DNA of 64,000 bases, from positions 1,856,001-1,920,000 of the forward strand of contig OY970325.1 in the NCBI GenBank assembly GCA_963717145.1, written 5' to 3'. Position numbers and translations under genes: made by a program. Shown piece by piece: positions 16,729 to 26,706 of the stretch (positions are counted from its first letter, which is position 1; the number at the start of each line of letters is the position of its first letter). Source of the DNA: an uncultured Armatimonadetes bacterium (GTDB taxonomy: Bacteria; Armatimonadota; UBA5829; DTJY01). The notes under the pieces are model-generated. The model was not told the origin of the DNA and ran no database searches. It saw nothing but the letters and a program-made list of their open reading frames with translations.

Positions 16729-19431
16729 ATGAAGACAAGATTCGCCATACTCGTTGCGCTGCTTATCTGTACGCCTGCGCTTGCACAGACATCCCTGAGG
16801 ATCACCACCGGCGTCCCCGGGAACCTCCTGTACGTGGGACAACCGGTCGAACTGAAGATCGAAAAGGCGGCGGAGATCGTCTCGCCTGTCGACTGGGAGA
16901 TCAAGGACCTCGACGGGAAGATCGTGGCATCCGGGAGTGAATCAGGCGGATCGATCAAGCCGGATGTGAAGCAGACCGGCATTTACTATATCGAGTGCCG
17001 CACCGGCGACGGCAAGGCGTCCACGAAAACGACGTTCGCCGTCATACACGAGATGCCGTCGGTCGGCAGGGAGACATCCGCCTTCGGGATCAACGGCGGG
17101 GCGCTGTTCCACATCGATCTGGCGGACATCCCGACGGTCGGGAAGGCGCGCCTCGACCTCTGTCAGCGACTCGGAGTCAAGTGGGGACGCAACGACTTCT
17201 GGTGGGGCAAGATCGAGCCGGAGTTGCAGACGTACAACTGGGGTCAGGCCGACGCGGCGGTCGAGATGTATCGCAGCCACGGGATGGACCTCATGCCGAT
17301 CTTCTGTTACTCCAGCGCCTGGAACAGCCCGAACGCCCCGGCTGATGACGTAGAGGCGAACAATTTCGCCGCGTACGCCGGCGAACTCGTCGGGCGGTAC
17401 AAGGATAAGGTCCACTACTGGGAGGTATGGAACGAGCCGAACATCAGCCAGTTCTGGTCTCCGAAGCCGAACGCCGACGATTACGCGCGACTCCTTAGGG
17501 CGACGCGCACAACCACAATCGCGACCGATCCGAAGAGCAAGCTCGTCGGATGCGTGACTGCGGGACCGGACACTCAATTCATCCGCAAGGTGCTCGAGGC
17601 CGGCGCGGGAGACGCGTTCGACATCCTCTCGATCCACAACTATTTCTGGACGGACGAGGGCATCATCAACGACCTGCGAAGCATTCGCGCGCTGATGTCC
17701 GAGTTCCAGCAGGAGAAGCCGATCTGGATCACCGAGATCGGATGGCCGACGGGAAAGAACTGGATGAGCGAGGAAGACCAGGCGAAGATGCTCGTCCGCG
17801 TCTTCACGCTCTCGCTCGCGGAGGGAGTCGAGCGGCTTTTCTACTACAACTCCACGGACTATCAGCCGTGGGATTCGGGCGGATGGGATGGCAGGACGGG
17901 CCTCTTCGATCAGGGGGATATCCCGAAGGCAGCGGCGGTCGCGTACAACGAATTGATCTGGCAGCTCGGCGGGATGAAGTACGGCGGAAAACTCAACGTC
18001 GGGAAAGGCGTCTACGGGAGATACTTCGCGCGCGGGGACGAGCAGACGGCGGTGATATGGACAACGGGCAGCCAGCGGGTCACGGTGAGCCTCCCGACGA
18101 ACGCGCCGGAGGTCACAGTGATCGATATGCTCGGGCGCGAGAGCTTCGTCAAGCCGGAGAAGGGCATCCTGAGCCTCAGTGTGACCGACCGGCCTCAATA
18201 CGTGAAGCTCAGGGGCACGGCGCTCTTCGTCCTCTCCGGGGCCGACATCGTCCCGGAGCGGCTCTTCATCGGCATGGAGCAGGAGGTCGATGTCACCCTC
18301 AGGGGCGCGGCGGTGTTGCACGGTAAGGCGGTCCGTCTGATCGCGCCAACGGGATGGAAGGTGTCGCCCGCGGTCGCCACTGCCGAGGAGGGCGACATGG
18401 GCGTCCGCGTCTGCCGCTTCAGAGTGACTATCCCGCAGGACGTGACCCCTGACACATACGAACTCGCCGCGATGATCGAGGGAGTGTCGGACCTCAGGAT
18501 CGCGAAGGGTATCGAGGTTGCCTCGCCGGCCAAAGTCACGATCATCCCGCCGTCGGAGTTGAAGCCGGGATACACGAAGCTGAAGGTTTCGGTCGAGAAC
18601 AGGTGTGATCGGATCATCGAGGGGACCATTACGGCGGGCATCACGGGTGAGACGCCCTCGGTTCCGACTGATGTGCGACTCAAGCCCGGCGCGTCCACCG
18701 ATTACCGCCTCAATCTGCCCGCACCCGAGGCGGTCGGCGAGACGGAGGTCACGATTTCCGCCACCCTGGATTCAGACATGTCCGACGTCTCCGACACCGT
18801 CCGACTCGATCCCCTCGCGGTTGTGCAACCGACTGGCGCAATCGCCGTCGACGGCAAGCTGGATGACTGGGCCGCGGTGAAGCCGATCCTGACCGAGACC
18901 GGGGGCACTCACGTCAACCAGAAGGGCACATGGGGCGGGAAAGCCGACCTCGGGGCCAAGGCGTGGGTCGCGTGGAAGCCGACCGGCCTCTATCTCGCGG
19001 TAGACGTGACTGACGACGTGAACGTCTTCCCCGGCGATGAGTCGGTCTGGGAGGCGGACAGCCTCCAGGTGGCGATCGACTCCGCGAACGATGCGGTCTC
19101 GGAGGGATTCGACGAGCGGAACGACTTCGAGCTGGAGGTCGGCAAGATCAACGGCCAGGACCGAGCGGTCGGCCTCGTCGCGCCCAAGGGGGTTGACCTC
19201 AAGGGCCTCGAGATTGCTATACTGGCGAAACCCGGCGGCGGCGCGGTCTACGAGATGATGATACCCAGGGGCATTCTGGGTCTCTCACCGCTCGAAACCG
19301 GGCGGCTCATCGGTTTCTCGTTCCTCGTGAATGATAACGATGGGCAGGGGCGCAAGTCGTGGCTCGAACTCACGCCCGGTATCGGCCTCGGGAAGGACCC
19401 GACGCAATACAAGGATCTGTGGCTGAGATGA
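16729..19431 (+). CDS. Clan GH-A (GH39-like) glycoside hydrolase with C-terminal CBM9-like domain
   Basis: WEVWNEPN, WITEIGW; VDGKLDDW, LYLAVDVTDD, GFSFLVNDND. Confidence 0.85.
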   Translation: MKTRFAILVALLICTPALAQTSLRITTGVPGNLLYVGQPVELKIEKAAEIVSPVDWEIKDLDGKIVASGSESGGSIKPDVKQTGIYYIECRTGDGKASTKTTFAVIHEMPSVGRETSAFGINGGALFHIDLADIPTVGKARLDLCQRLGVKWGRNDFWWGKIEPELQTYNWGQADAAVEMYRSHGMDLMPIFCYSSAWNSPNAPADDVEANNFAAYAGELVGRYKDKVHYWEVWNEPNISQFWSPKPNADDYARLLRATRTTTIATDPKSKLVGCVTAGPDTQFIRKVLEAGAGDAFDILSIHNYFWTDEGIINDLRSIRALMSEFQQEKPIWITEIGWPTGKNWMSEEDQAKMLVRVFTLSLAEGVERLFYYNSTDYQPWDSGGWDGRTGLFDQGDIPKAAAVAYNELIWQLGGMKYGGKLNVGKGVYGRYFARGDEQTAVIWTTGSQRVTVSLPTNAPEVTVIDMLGRESFVKPEKGILSLSVTDRPQYVKLRGTALFVLSGADIVPERLFIGMEQEVDVTLRGAAVLHGKAVRLIAPTGWKVSPAVATAEEGDMGVRVCRFRVTIPQDVTPDTYELAAMIEGVSDLRIAKGIEVASPAKVTIIPPSELKPGYTKLKVSVENRCDRIIEGTITAGITGETPSVPTDVRLKPGASTDYRLNLPAPEAVGETEVTISATLDSDMSDVSDTVRLDPLAVVQPTGAIAVDGKLDDWAAVKPILTETGGTHVNQKGTWGGKADLGAKAWVAWKPTGLYLAVDVTDDVNVFPGDESVWEADSLQVAIDSANDAVSEGFDERNDFELEVGKINGQDRAVGLVAPKGVDLKGLEIAILAKPGGGAVYEMMIPRGILGLSPLETGRLIGFSFLVNDNDGQGRKSWLELTPGIGLGKDPTQYKDLWLR

Positions 19432-19451
19432 GGAGAGGGGCTGGAGGCTAC

Positions 19452-20240
19452 ATGTATCTCAAGCATATGTTTGACAAGAGCGAAGTGAACCTCGCACTGG
19501 AGGTCTTCCTGCGAGAGTCGGTTGACTGCCTCGGTGGCGATCTCGTCTCGGTGATCGTCTACGGCTCACTCGTATTCGACGACCTTGCACCGGGATACGG
19601 CGACCTCGATTTCCTGGCAGTCGTGAAGGACGACATCGCGGAGTCGATGTTCGGACGGCTGTCGGATCTCCGCAAGCCACTCAGGAGCGGGCACTTCGGC
19701 CTCATCCCGACGATGATCGAGGGCGAGTTCGTGCCAAGGAGGTCGCTCGTGGAGCCGGAGATCGGGCAGTCGTACTACTGGGGGACGAGCAGCGACAAGC
19801 CCAGGATCGGGAGCAGCGTCGTCGGGCTCGTGGCGGAGGTCGTCCACCAGTTGGGCGTCGTGATCTATGGCGAGGACGTGCGGCAGGAGGTCGCGCGGCC
19901 GACCCGCGAGCAGCTCATTGCCGACCTCGGGCATCACGCGCCTGGATTCCGCGACTACGCGAAGGTTGGGGGGCTACATGCGGTCGATGGACTGCTTACC
20001 GTCGCCCGGATGCTTATCTTCCTCCGCGAGGGGCGGCTCAGCTCGAAGTCCGAGGCGGCTGAGTGGGCATACGCGAATGCGCAGGGTGCGTGGAAGGAAC
20101 ACCTCCCGCGGGCGAGGCAGGTGCGCCTCAATCCCTGGATGGCTAGCCTTGCCGAGACCAAGCGCTGGCTGAATGACCTGGACGTGCCGACCAACCAGGC
20201 CTGTGATGAGCTTGAGGAAATGCTGAATGGATCTCACTGA
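19452..20240 (+). CDS. Nucleotidyltransferase, AadA/DUF4111-like
   Basis: YGSL..DD..PGYGDLDFLAV; LLTVARML; SKSEAAEWA. Confidence 0.75.
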   Translation: MYLKHMFDKSEVNLALEVFLRESVDCLGGDLVSVIVYGSLVFDDLAPGYGDLDFLAVVKDDIAESMFGRLSDLRKPLRSGHFGLIPTMIEGEFVPRRSLVEPEIGQSYYWGTSSDKPRIGSSVVGLVAEVVHQLGVVIYGEDVRQEVARPTREQLIADLGHHAPGFRDYAKVGGLHAVDGLLTVARMLIFLREGRLSSKSEAAEWAYANAQGAWKEHLPRARQVRLNPWMASLAETKRWLNDLDVPTNQACDELEEMLNGSH

Positions 20241-20766
20241 GAAAACCCTCGAGTCGAATCGGATATACGACGGGAAGATCGTCAATCTGCGCGTGGACAC
20301 GGTCGAGCTGCCGAATGGGCGCGTCTCCAAGCGTGAGGTCGTCGAGCACAGGGGCGCGGTCGCGATCGTGCCGATGCTCGATCACGAGAAGATCGTGCTG
20401 GTGCGACAGTACCGGCAGCCGGTCGGAGGCACGATCCTCGAGATCCCGGCCGGCACGCTGGATCGCGGCGAGGACCCGTTCGACTGCGCTCGCCGGGAAC
20501 TCGTGGAGGAGATCGGTTACTTCCCGGAGAAGCTGACGGAGATGTTCCACTCGTATCTTTCCCCAGGGTACTCGAACGAGTTGCTTCACACATTCCTGGC
20601 GGAGGATTTGCGCCAGGAGGAAGTGAACAGGGATTCGGACGAGTTCCTGGAGGTCGTGGAGTTCAATCTGACGGATGCGGTGGAGATGATCCGCACCGGC
20701 GAGATCGTGGATGCCAAGAGCATTTGTGGCATACTGCTAGCGTCTCGGCTGTTCAAGGAATGTTAG
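20227..20766 (+). CDS. nudF: ADP-ribose pyrophosphatase (Nudix)
   Basis: REVVEHRGAV, Nudix box EIPAG...GE....CARRELVEEIG, DAKS. Confidence 0.9.
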   Translation: MDLTEKTLESNRIYDGKIVNLRVDTVELPNGRVSKREVVEHRGAVAIVPMLDHEKIVLVRQYRQPVGGTILEIPAGTLDRGEDPFDCARRELVEEIGYFPEKLTEMFHSYLSPGYSNELLHTFLAEDLRQEEVNRDSDEFLEVVEFNLTDAVEMIRTGEIVDAKSICGILLASRLFKEC

Positions 20767-20784
20767 AAACCGGTAGGAGGTTCC

Positions 20785-21594
20785 ATGCTTATCATCGGAG
20801 AACGGATTAACACCAGCAGGAAGGTCAAGGGAGAGCCGGTCATCGAGAACGCGGTCAAGGCCAGAGACGCCGCGTTCTTCATCGACTTGGCGACGAAGCA
20901 GTACGAGGCGGGGGCGACGTGTATCGACGTGAACGCGGGCACGCTCCTGCAGGGCGAACCGGATGCGCTGGAATGGCTCGTCACGACGATTCAGGGCGCT
21001 CTCGACGTGCCGTGCGCCATCGACAGCCCGAACCCCATCGCGATCGAGCGAGCGCTCAAGGTTCACAAGGGCCAGGCGATGATCAATTCGATCACCGCCG
21101 AGGAGGCTAGGTACAACAACATCCTCCCGCTCGCCAAGCAGTATGAGACCCAGGTCATCGCGCTTGCGATGGGCGACGACGGCATCCCTCCCGACGCAGA
21201 GGGCCGGATCAACGTGGGCCGCGAACTGATCGGCAACCTGACCGCCGCGGGTATCAAGCTCGACAACATCTACGCCGATCCGCTCGTCTTCCCGATCGCA
21301 AACGGCGCGGAGTTCGGGCTGGCGGTTCTCGATACGATCCGCACTCTGAAGGCCGAGTTCCCCGGGATCCATGCCAGCGCCGGGGTCAGCAACGTCTCGC
21401 ACGGGCTGCCTCAGAGGAAGTTCCTCAACCAGGCGTTCACAGTGATGTGCATGACCGCGGGGCTCGACGCGGCGATCATCGACCCGATGGACAAACAACT
21501 GATGGCGCTCGTATACTCCACCGAGGCGCTTCTCGGCCACGACGATTTCTGCGTCGAGTATCTGTCCGCCTCCCGCGAGGGGAAGTTCGAGTAG
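20785..21594 (+). CDS. Methyltetrahydrofolate:corrinoid methyltransferase (AcsE-like pterin-binding barrel)
   Basis: MLIIGERIN, IDVNAG, IDS, INSI, DPL, GVSNVSHGLP.R. Confidence 0.88.
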   Translation: MLIIGERINTSRKVKGEPVIENAVKARDAAFFIDLATKQYEAGATCIDVNAGTLLQGEPDALEWLVTTIQGALDVPCAIDSPNPIAIERALKVHKGQAMINSITAEEARYNNILPLAKQYETQVIALAMGDDGIPPDAEGRINVGRELIGNLTAAGIKLDNIYADPLVFPIANGAEFGLAVLDTIRTLKAEFPGIHASAGVSNVSHGLPQRKFLNQAFTVMCMTAGLDAAIIDPMDKQLMALVYSTEALLGHDDFCVEYLSASREGKFE

Positions 21595-21617
21595 AATGCG
21601 GGAATCAGCACGGTAAT

Positions 21618-21653
21618 AGAACGGCCGTCCTTCCGGGCGGCCGTTCTGCTTTT
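21618..21653 (+). terminator. Intrinsic terminator
   Basis: AGAACGGCCGTCC/GGGCGGCCGTTCT plus T tract. Confidence 0.75.
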
Positions 21654-21703
21654 GTGTTGCCCCTCAACTGCTAACTGTAAAGTGCAAACTGTGAAACTTT
21701 CTG

Positions 21704-21732
21704 TTGACACTGTGAACGAGCTGTGTTATACT
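21704..21732 (+). promoter_or_regulatory. Sigma-70 promoter
   Basis: TTGACA-N17-TATACT. Confidence 0.85.
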
Positions 21733-21782
21733 GCGATACGTTAGGATTGCCGGCCCGGATTTCTGGGCAGAATGAAAAACTG

Positions 21783-21907
21783 AAGCGCCGAATCTCCCAC
21801 CGGGGGAACGGGGAACCTGTTCCTGGGGCGTATCGCACATTGGTGCGTAGGGCAACTCTTCAGCCCAAGCCCGTCAGCTAACTCCGTAGGCGCGGTGTGA
21901 AGAGAGC
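21783..21907 (+). promoter_or_regulatory. c-di-AMP (ydaO/yuaA) riboswitch
   Basis: GCCGAATC..GGAACGGGGAAC..TGGGGCGTATC..GTAGGG..CCCGTCAGCTAACTCCGTAGGC; precedes a cell-wall hydrolase. Confidence 0.9.
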
Positions 21908-22063
21908 ATTAGTCAACACGAATGCGTGTTGAGCCCCGCGATCGCTCGATTGCGGCTCTTGTGTGGCCTCTACGGAAACTCCCACTGTTAATGCTCTTCG
22001 CAAAGCACCCATGTCACGCGTGGTCCACGTCGGACCGTGCAGTTTTCGGAAGGATGTAGTGTA

Positions 22064-22839
22064 TTGCAAAGTAGCAGGAACAGAGCTGTTCTGATTCAGG
22101 TTATCGTCGGATTCGTGCTTAGCGCAACAACTGCAGGAGCGGCGGAGGTCGAGCACAATATCGGGAAGGAATCCCCCGTAGTGAGCGGTCTCCCGGTCAT
22201 GACGCTCTATGCGGTCAAGTCGCCGAGCGACCGCACGGACCTCAAGCTCCTTGACCACAAGGTGCCTCGGCCGGCACGGACCGTTTCGACCGCTCCGAAG
22301 CCGAAGCCTTCGGTCAGACCCGTCCCAAAGACCAAGCCTGCGCCGAAGAAGGTCGTGACGGCTCCCAAGCCTCAGCCCAAGCCGGCTGTGAGCAAGCCCA
22401 CGCCGGCCCCCAAACCGAAGCCGGTCGCCGCAAAGCCTGCCCCGCAGAAGCAGGGGCTGTTGTCTCGGGTCATGCAGGGAGCTCGAGCCTCACGAGCCGC
22501 GCCGCATCGTGGGTTGGCACGCGCTACATCTGGGGCGGCCTGTCGAGCCGGGGAGTCGATTGCTCGGGCTTGACGAGCCTGCTCTACAAGTCGCTCGGGA
22601 TTGCGCTCCCCCATTCCGCCAAGCAGCAGTACAAGATGGGGCAGCCCGTTGCGAAGAAGGAACTGACTCCCGGCGACCTGGTCTTCTTCAATACGACGGG
22701 AGCGATCTCGCACGTGGGCATGTACATCGGCGACAACAAGTTTGTCCATGCCGCCAACCGGCGCAAAGGAGTGCGGACCGACAGCCTCGGCACTCCGTAC
22801 TACAGCAAGCGATATGTCGGCGCGCGCCGATACATCTAG
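22064..22839 (+). CDS. NlpC/P60 (C40) peptidoglycan endopeptidase, frameshifted near 22478
   Basis: Signal peptide and Pro/Lys linker, then in another frame GTRYIWGG...GVDCSGL, PGDLVFF, SHVGMYIG..KFVHA. Confidence 0.85.
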
Positions 22840-22882
22840 CCAAAGCAGGAAACGTGCCCCACCCCGTCAAACCTATTCAGCG

Positions 22883-24338
22883 ATGTACGTACTGGGACTC
22901 GATGTAGGCACACAGGGGGTACGAGCCGTCGTCTGCGATGCCGAGGGGAACGTCCTCGCGCAGGCACGGCAGGAGTTCGCCGCCCCATGCCAGGTCGAAC
23001 TCCTGCCTCCGGGTTGGACCGAACAGCAGCCCGCGGATTGGTGGGAGGCGGCCGAGTCGTGCCTCAGCCGAGTGGTCGCGCAACTGCGGGAGTCCGGCCG
23101 ATCACTCGATGACCTGAGGGCGATCGCGGTCGACTCCACATCGGGCACGGTCGTCACTCTGGATCGATCAGGCAGACCGCTTCGCCCCGCAATCATGTAC
23201 AACGACACGCGTGCCGTGTCGGAGACCGCTGAGTGTAACTCCGCAGGCGCTGATCTCATCGTCAAGCTCGCATACCGGTTTTCGGCCTCATTCGCCCTCC
23301 CCAAGATCCTGTGGGTCAAGCACAACGAGCCCGAGATCTTCGAGCAGGCCATTTTCATCCACGCCGCCGACTACATCGTGGGCAAGCTCACCGGCGACTT
23401 CCTGACTTCCGACACGTCGAACGCCCTCAAGACCGGCTACGACCTGATCGACGGGCGCTGGCCTGAGTTCATCGAGGCGTCACTCGCAATACCGGCCGGC
23501 AAACTGCCCACCGTCGTCAGTCCGGGGACCATCATCGGCGAGGTGAGCGACGAGTGCGCACGACAGACCGGCCTGAGACGGGGAACGTCGGTGGTAGCGG
23601 GAGTGACTGACGGCACGGCGGGCTTCCTGGCATCGGGAGCGGTCCAGATCGGCGACTGGAACAGCACGATCGGGACGACACTCGTCATTCGCGGGGTCTC
23701 CAGTGAGCTGATCCGGGATCCGCTGGGACGAATCTACAACCATGCGCACCCTGACGGCTACTGGCTTCCCGGCGGCGCCAGTAACTGCGGGGCGGAGTGT
23801 CTCCAGCAGCTCTTCCAGGGGCGCGACCTCGACCAGCTCAATGCCTACGTGCCGCAGTACTCGCCGACCGCCCTGCTCGTCTATCCGCTCGTTCGCATCG
23901 GAGAGCGGCTCCCATTCGTCGATCCGCAGGCGGAGGGATTCATCGTCGGTGAGCCACGGGACAGTCGCGAACTCTATGCGGCGTATCTGGAGGGAGTCGG
24001 TTACGTCGAGCGGTGGTGCTATGAACTGCTGGGCGACTTGGGCGCGGAGATCGGCGACACGATCTACACAACCGGCGGAGGCGCGCAAGAGCCCCGAGTG
24101 GATGCAGGTCCGCGCCGACATCCTCAACAAGCGGATCGTCCGTCCGGCTTCGACCGAATGCGCCATGGGTACAGCAGCGGTCGCTGCTTCGAGAACGATC
24201 TATCCCAATCTCGAAGCAGCCGTCAGAGCGATGATCGAGCCGGGAGAGTCGGTCGAGCCTGATGCCTCACGAGTCGATCTCTACGAGCAGCGGTATCGCG
24301 CTTTCCGCCAGGCGTGCTCCTTGAAGGGTTATGAGTAG
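22883..24338 (+). CDS. FGGY-family carbohydrate kinase, frameshifted near 24085
   Basis: LGLDVGTQGVR, DSTSGT, MYND.RA, EGVGYVE, TTGGGA then KSPEWMQVRADIL in the shifted frame. Confidence 0.88.
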
Positions 24339-24459
24339 GAGTCAAGGGGCGCATCCGTCGAATGTCCTGATGGTTCGATCTTTGTATACAAAGCCGCGCG
24401 AACCTGTGTCAAATACGTAGGACGCACGGATTTTCAGCGGTGTAGTAGGAGGTAAGATT

Positions 24460-25260
24460 ATGCGATTCTTGATGATTCTGGGCATGGTGTGCCTGTTGGT
24501 GAGCGCAGCGTGTGCCGCCGACCAGCCAGCCCCCGCAGCGGCTGCGACCCCCACGAAGGTCTCCCTTCAGTTCGAGGATGTCGATGCCGGCCAGGCATTG
24601 ATCACCCTCTCACAGAAGGCGCAGGTCACGATTCTCGGTGACGCCACGGTGAAGGGCAAAGTCAACTGCGGACTCAATGATGTAACTACCGAGCAGGCGC
24701 TCGATACGATCTGCAAGACCAACGGCCTCGAGTGGTACAAGGCATACATCGGCGCCGTGCCTAACGAAAAGCCGAATGCAGCGAAGATCCTCGCGCTTCT
24801 CGATGCGCTGAAGGCACTCGGGAATACCGCTCTGATATGTCAGGGCCCGGCGAAACAACAGACGGCCTTCGTTCCGGCCGCGGAGCCCGGGACTGTCGAT
24901 CTTGCTCCGATGGCTGATACGCTGAAGCTCAAGCCGGTCTATGTAGTGCGCGCAGTTCCCAAGCCGATCGATCCCGCTGCTGCGAAGGCAGCCACCGACG
25001 CGCTAGGGAAGCCCGCAAATGATGCGACTGCTGCGGCAAACCAGTTGTGGGGCTATTTCTCCCAGATGCCTGTTCAGCAGCAGTATCAGGTCATGCACGA
25101 GATCGGGAACATGATGCGCAACAACATGACCCCGGAGCAGCAGGACCAGATGCGTCAGATGTGGCGACAGAACGGTGGTCAGGACGGCGGGGGACGCTGG
25201 AGAGGCAACGACCAGGGCGGCCCAGGCGACCGTCAGCATGGTCCGCCACAACCTAACTGA
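24460..25260 (+). CDS. Exported protein with a secretin-N/STN-like domain
   Basis: GGAGG RBS, signal peptide, VSLQFEDVD..QAL..LSQKA....GKVN..LNDVT.EQALDTI. Confidence 0.65.
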   Translation: MRFLMILGMVCLLVSAACAADQPAPAAAATPTKVSLQFEDVDAGQALITLSQKAQVTILGDATVKGKVNCGLNDVTTEQALDTICKTNGLEWYKAYIGAVPNEKPNAAKILALLDALKALGNTALICQGPAKQQTAFVPAAEPGTVDLAPMADTLKLKPVYVVRAVPKPIDPAAAKAATDALGKPANDATAAANQLWGYFSQMPVQQQYQVMHEIGNMMRNNMTPEQQDQMRQMWRQNGGQDGGGRWRGNDQGGPGDRQHGPPQPN

Positions 25261-25330
25261 TCCCCACGTTCACCTTGTCTCAGGGATTCGGAAGCCCGAT
25301 CGGCGTCTGTTCGCCGGCCGGGCTTCTTTG

Positions 25331-25360
25331 TTGACATCCATGCTCGATATGCCTCACAAT
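25331..25360 (+). promoter_or_regulatory. Putative sigma-70 promoter
   Basis: TTGACA-N18-CACAAT. Confidence 0.5.
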
Positions 25361-25421
25361 AGGGCCACGTGCCTGCGGCGCCGGTCGCCGCCGATAATCC
25401 ACTCGTGAAGGGAGCACCGAT

Positions 25422-26198
25422 ATGCGAATCGGTTTCATCTGTGACCTGTCGGAACATGATTTCGCCTTTGCCCGACAGAACGGCTTCAAGTGCGTCGAGT
25501 TCAACGGAGCGGACAACGTCGAGTTCACCTCCAAGGCGTCCGAATTGGCGACCTACGTCAAGGAATACGGCATCGATTTCAACATGATCGGGCTGTTCGG
25601 CCGCAACTACATCAGCGACGACGCGTCCGAGCGCGCGAAGCATCTATCGGACGCAAAGAAGACGATCGACTTCTGCGAGGCGATCGGATCGCCCTTGTTC
25701 GTCACAGGAGCAGGACACGAGGAGGATCGGACCCTCGCGGAGAACGTCCGCCGCGCGACCGATCACCTCGGCCAACTGATCGAGTACGGCAAGCCAAAGG
25801 GCGTCCGGGTTGCTCTCTACAACTGCCACTGGGGCAACTTCGCCGTTGCGCCGGATTCCTGGGAGCTTCTCATGCCTGCCCTGCCCGACCTCGGCATCAA
25901 GTACGACCCGTCCCATGCGATCGGCGATAACCGCGACTTCCTGGCCGAGTTGAGGGACTGGGGCAAGAAGGTCTATCACGTCCACGCGAAGGGATCGCTC
26001 GTGATCGGCGGCAAGAGGTTCCCCGATCCGATGCCCGGCATGGACGAGACGAACTGGGGCGCGATGTTCGCCATCCTGTACGAGCAGGACTACCCGGGCG
26101 ACGTGAACATCGAGGCGCACTCAGGCGAGTGGATCGCCAGCCGCCGTTACCCCGGCCTGCTCTTCTCGAAGCGCTATCTGGAGCAGTTCATTATCTAA
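25422..26198 (+). CDS. Sugar phosphate isomerase/epimerase (xylose-isomerase-like barrel)
   Basis: GF..VE, YDPSH, HVHAKG, PGM..TNW, NIE.H. Confidence 0.85.
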   Translation: MRIGFICDLSEHDFAFARQNGFKCVEFNGADNVEFTSKASELATYVKEYGIDFNMIGLFGRNYISDDASERAKHLSDAKKTIDFCEAIGSPLFVTGAGHEEDRTLAENVRRATDHLGQLIEYGKPKGVRVALYNCHWGNFAVAPDSWELLMPALPDLGIKYDPSHAIGDNRDFLAELRDWGKKVYHVHAKGSLVIGGKRFPDPMPGMDETNWGAMFAILYEQDYPGDVNIEAHSGEWIASRRYPGLLFSKRYLEQFII

Positions 26199-26208
26199 GC
26201 TATGTCGT

Positions 26209-26274
26209 GTAGTGGCCGTGCCTCTGTGCCGGCCAGTGGGGTGAACAGGGCCGGCACAGAGGCACGGCCACTAC
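26209..26274. repeat. GTAG REP palindrome, same family as the nurA insert
   Basis: GTAGTGGCCGTGCCTCTGTGCCGGCC...GGCCGGCACAGAGGCACGGCCACTAC. Confidence 0.9.
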
Positions 26275-26295
26275 ACGGATGCCGGAGGTGTCCAA

Positions 26296-26706
26296 ATGCT
26301 GAAAGGCCTGACCCACGTCGCCATATGGGTGACTGATATCGACCGGGCGCTCGATTTCTACCTGCGCATCCCAGGCGTGAAGGAGCAGTTCCGCCTGACT
26401 AAAGAAGACGGCAGCATGTGGCTGATCTACCTCAGGATCGCGCCATACCAGTTCGTCGAGCTTTTCCCGCGCGCCGGTAGACCCTACGAGCAGCCGAAGA
26501 ACGCCGGCTACTCCCACTTCTGCATGGAGACCGACGACATCCAGGCGCTCCACAGGGAGTTGGTCGCGAATGGCATCACCCCGGATTCCGAGCCGAGGAT
26601 GGGCGCAGACCGCTCCTGGCAGTTCTGGATCAAAGACCCGGACGGAAATCCGATCGAGTTCCAGCAGTTCGTGGAAGACTCGATGCACCACGAGAAGCCG
26701 GAATGA
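26296..26706 (+). CDS. VOC/glyoxalase family protein
   Basis: HVAIWV.D...ALDFY, HFC..TDD, KDPDGNPIEF. Confidence 0.9.
   Translation: MLKGLTHVAIWVTDIDRALDFYLRIPGVKEQFRLTKEDGSMWLIYLRIAPYQFVELFPRAGRPYEQPKNAGYSHFCMETDDIQALHRELVANGITPDSEPRMGADRSWQFWIKDPDGNPIEFQQFVEDSMHHEKPE

Noticed and set aside
20785-21594. Wood-Ljungdahl pathway locus
   Set aside because: Only a lone AcsE-like gene with no acs or corrinoid partners; it could serve a split MetH or a demethylase
22270-22445. Repetitive AAGCC-rich DNA
   Set aside because: Encodes the Pro/Lys/Ala linker of the NlpC/P60 protein
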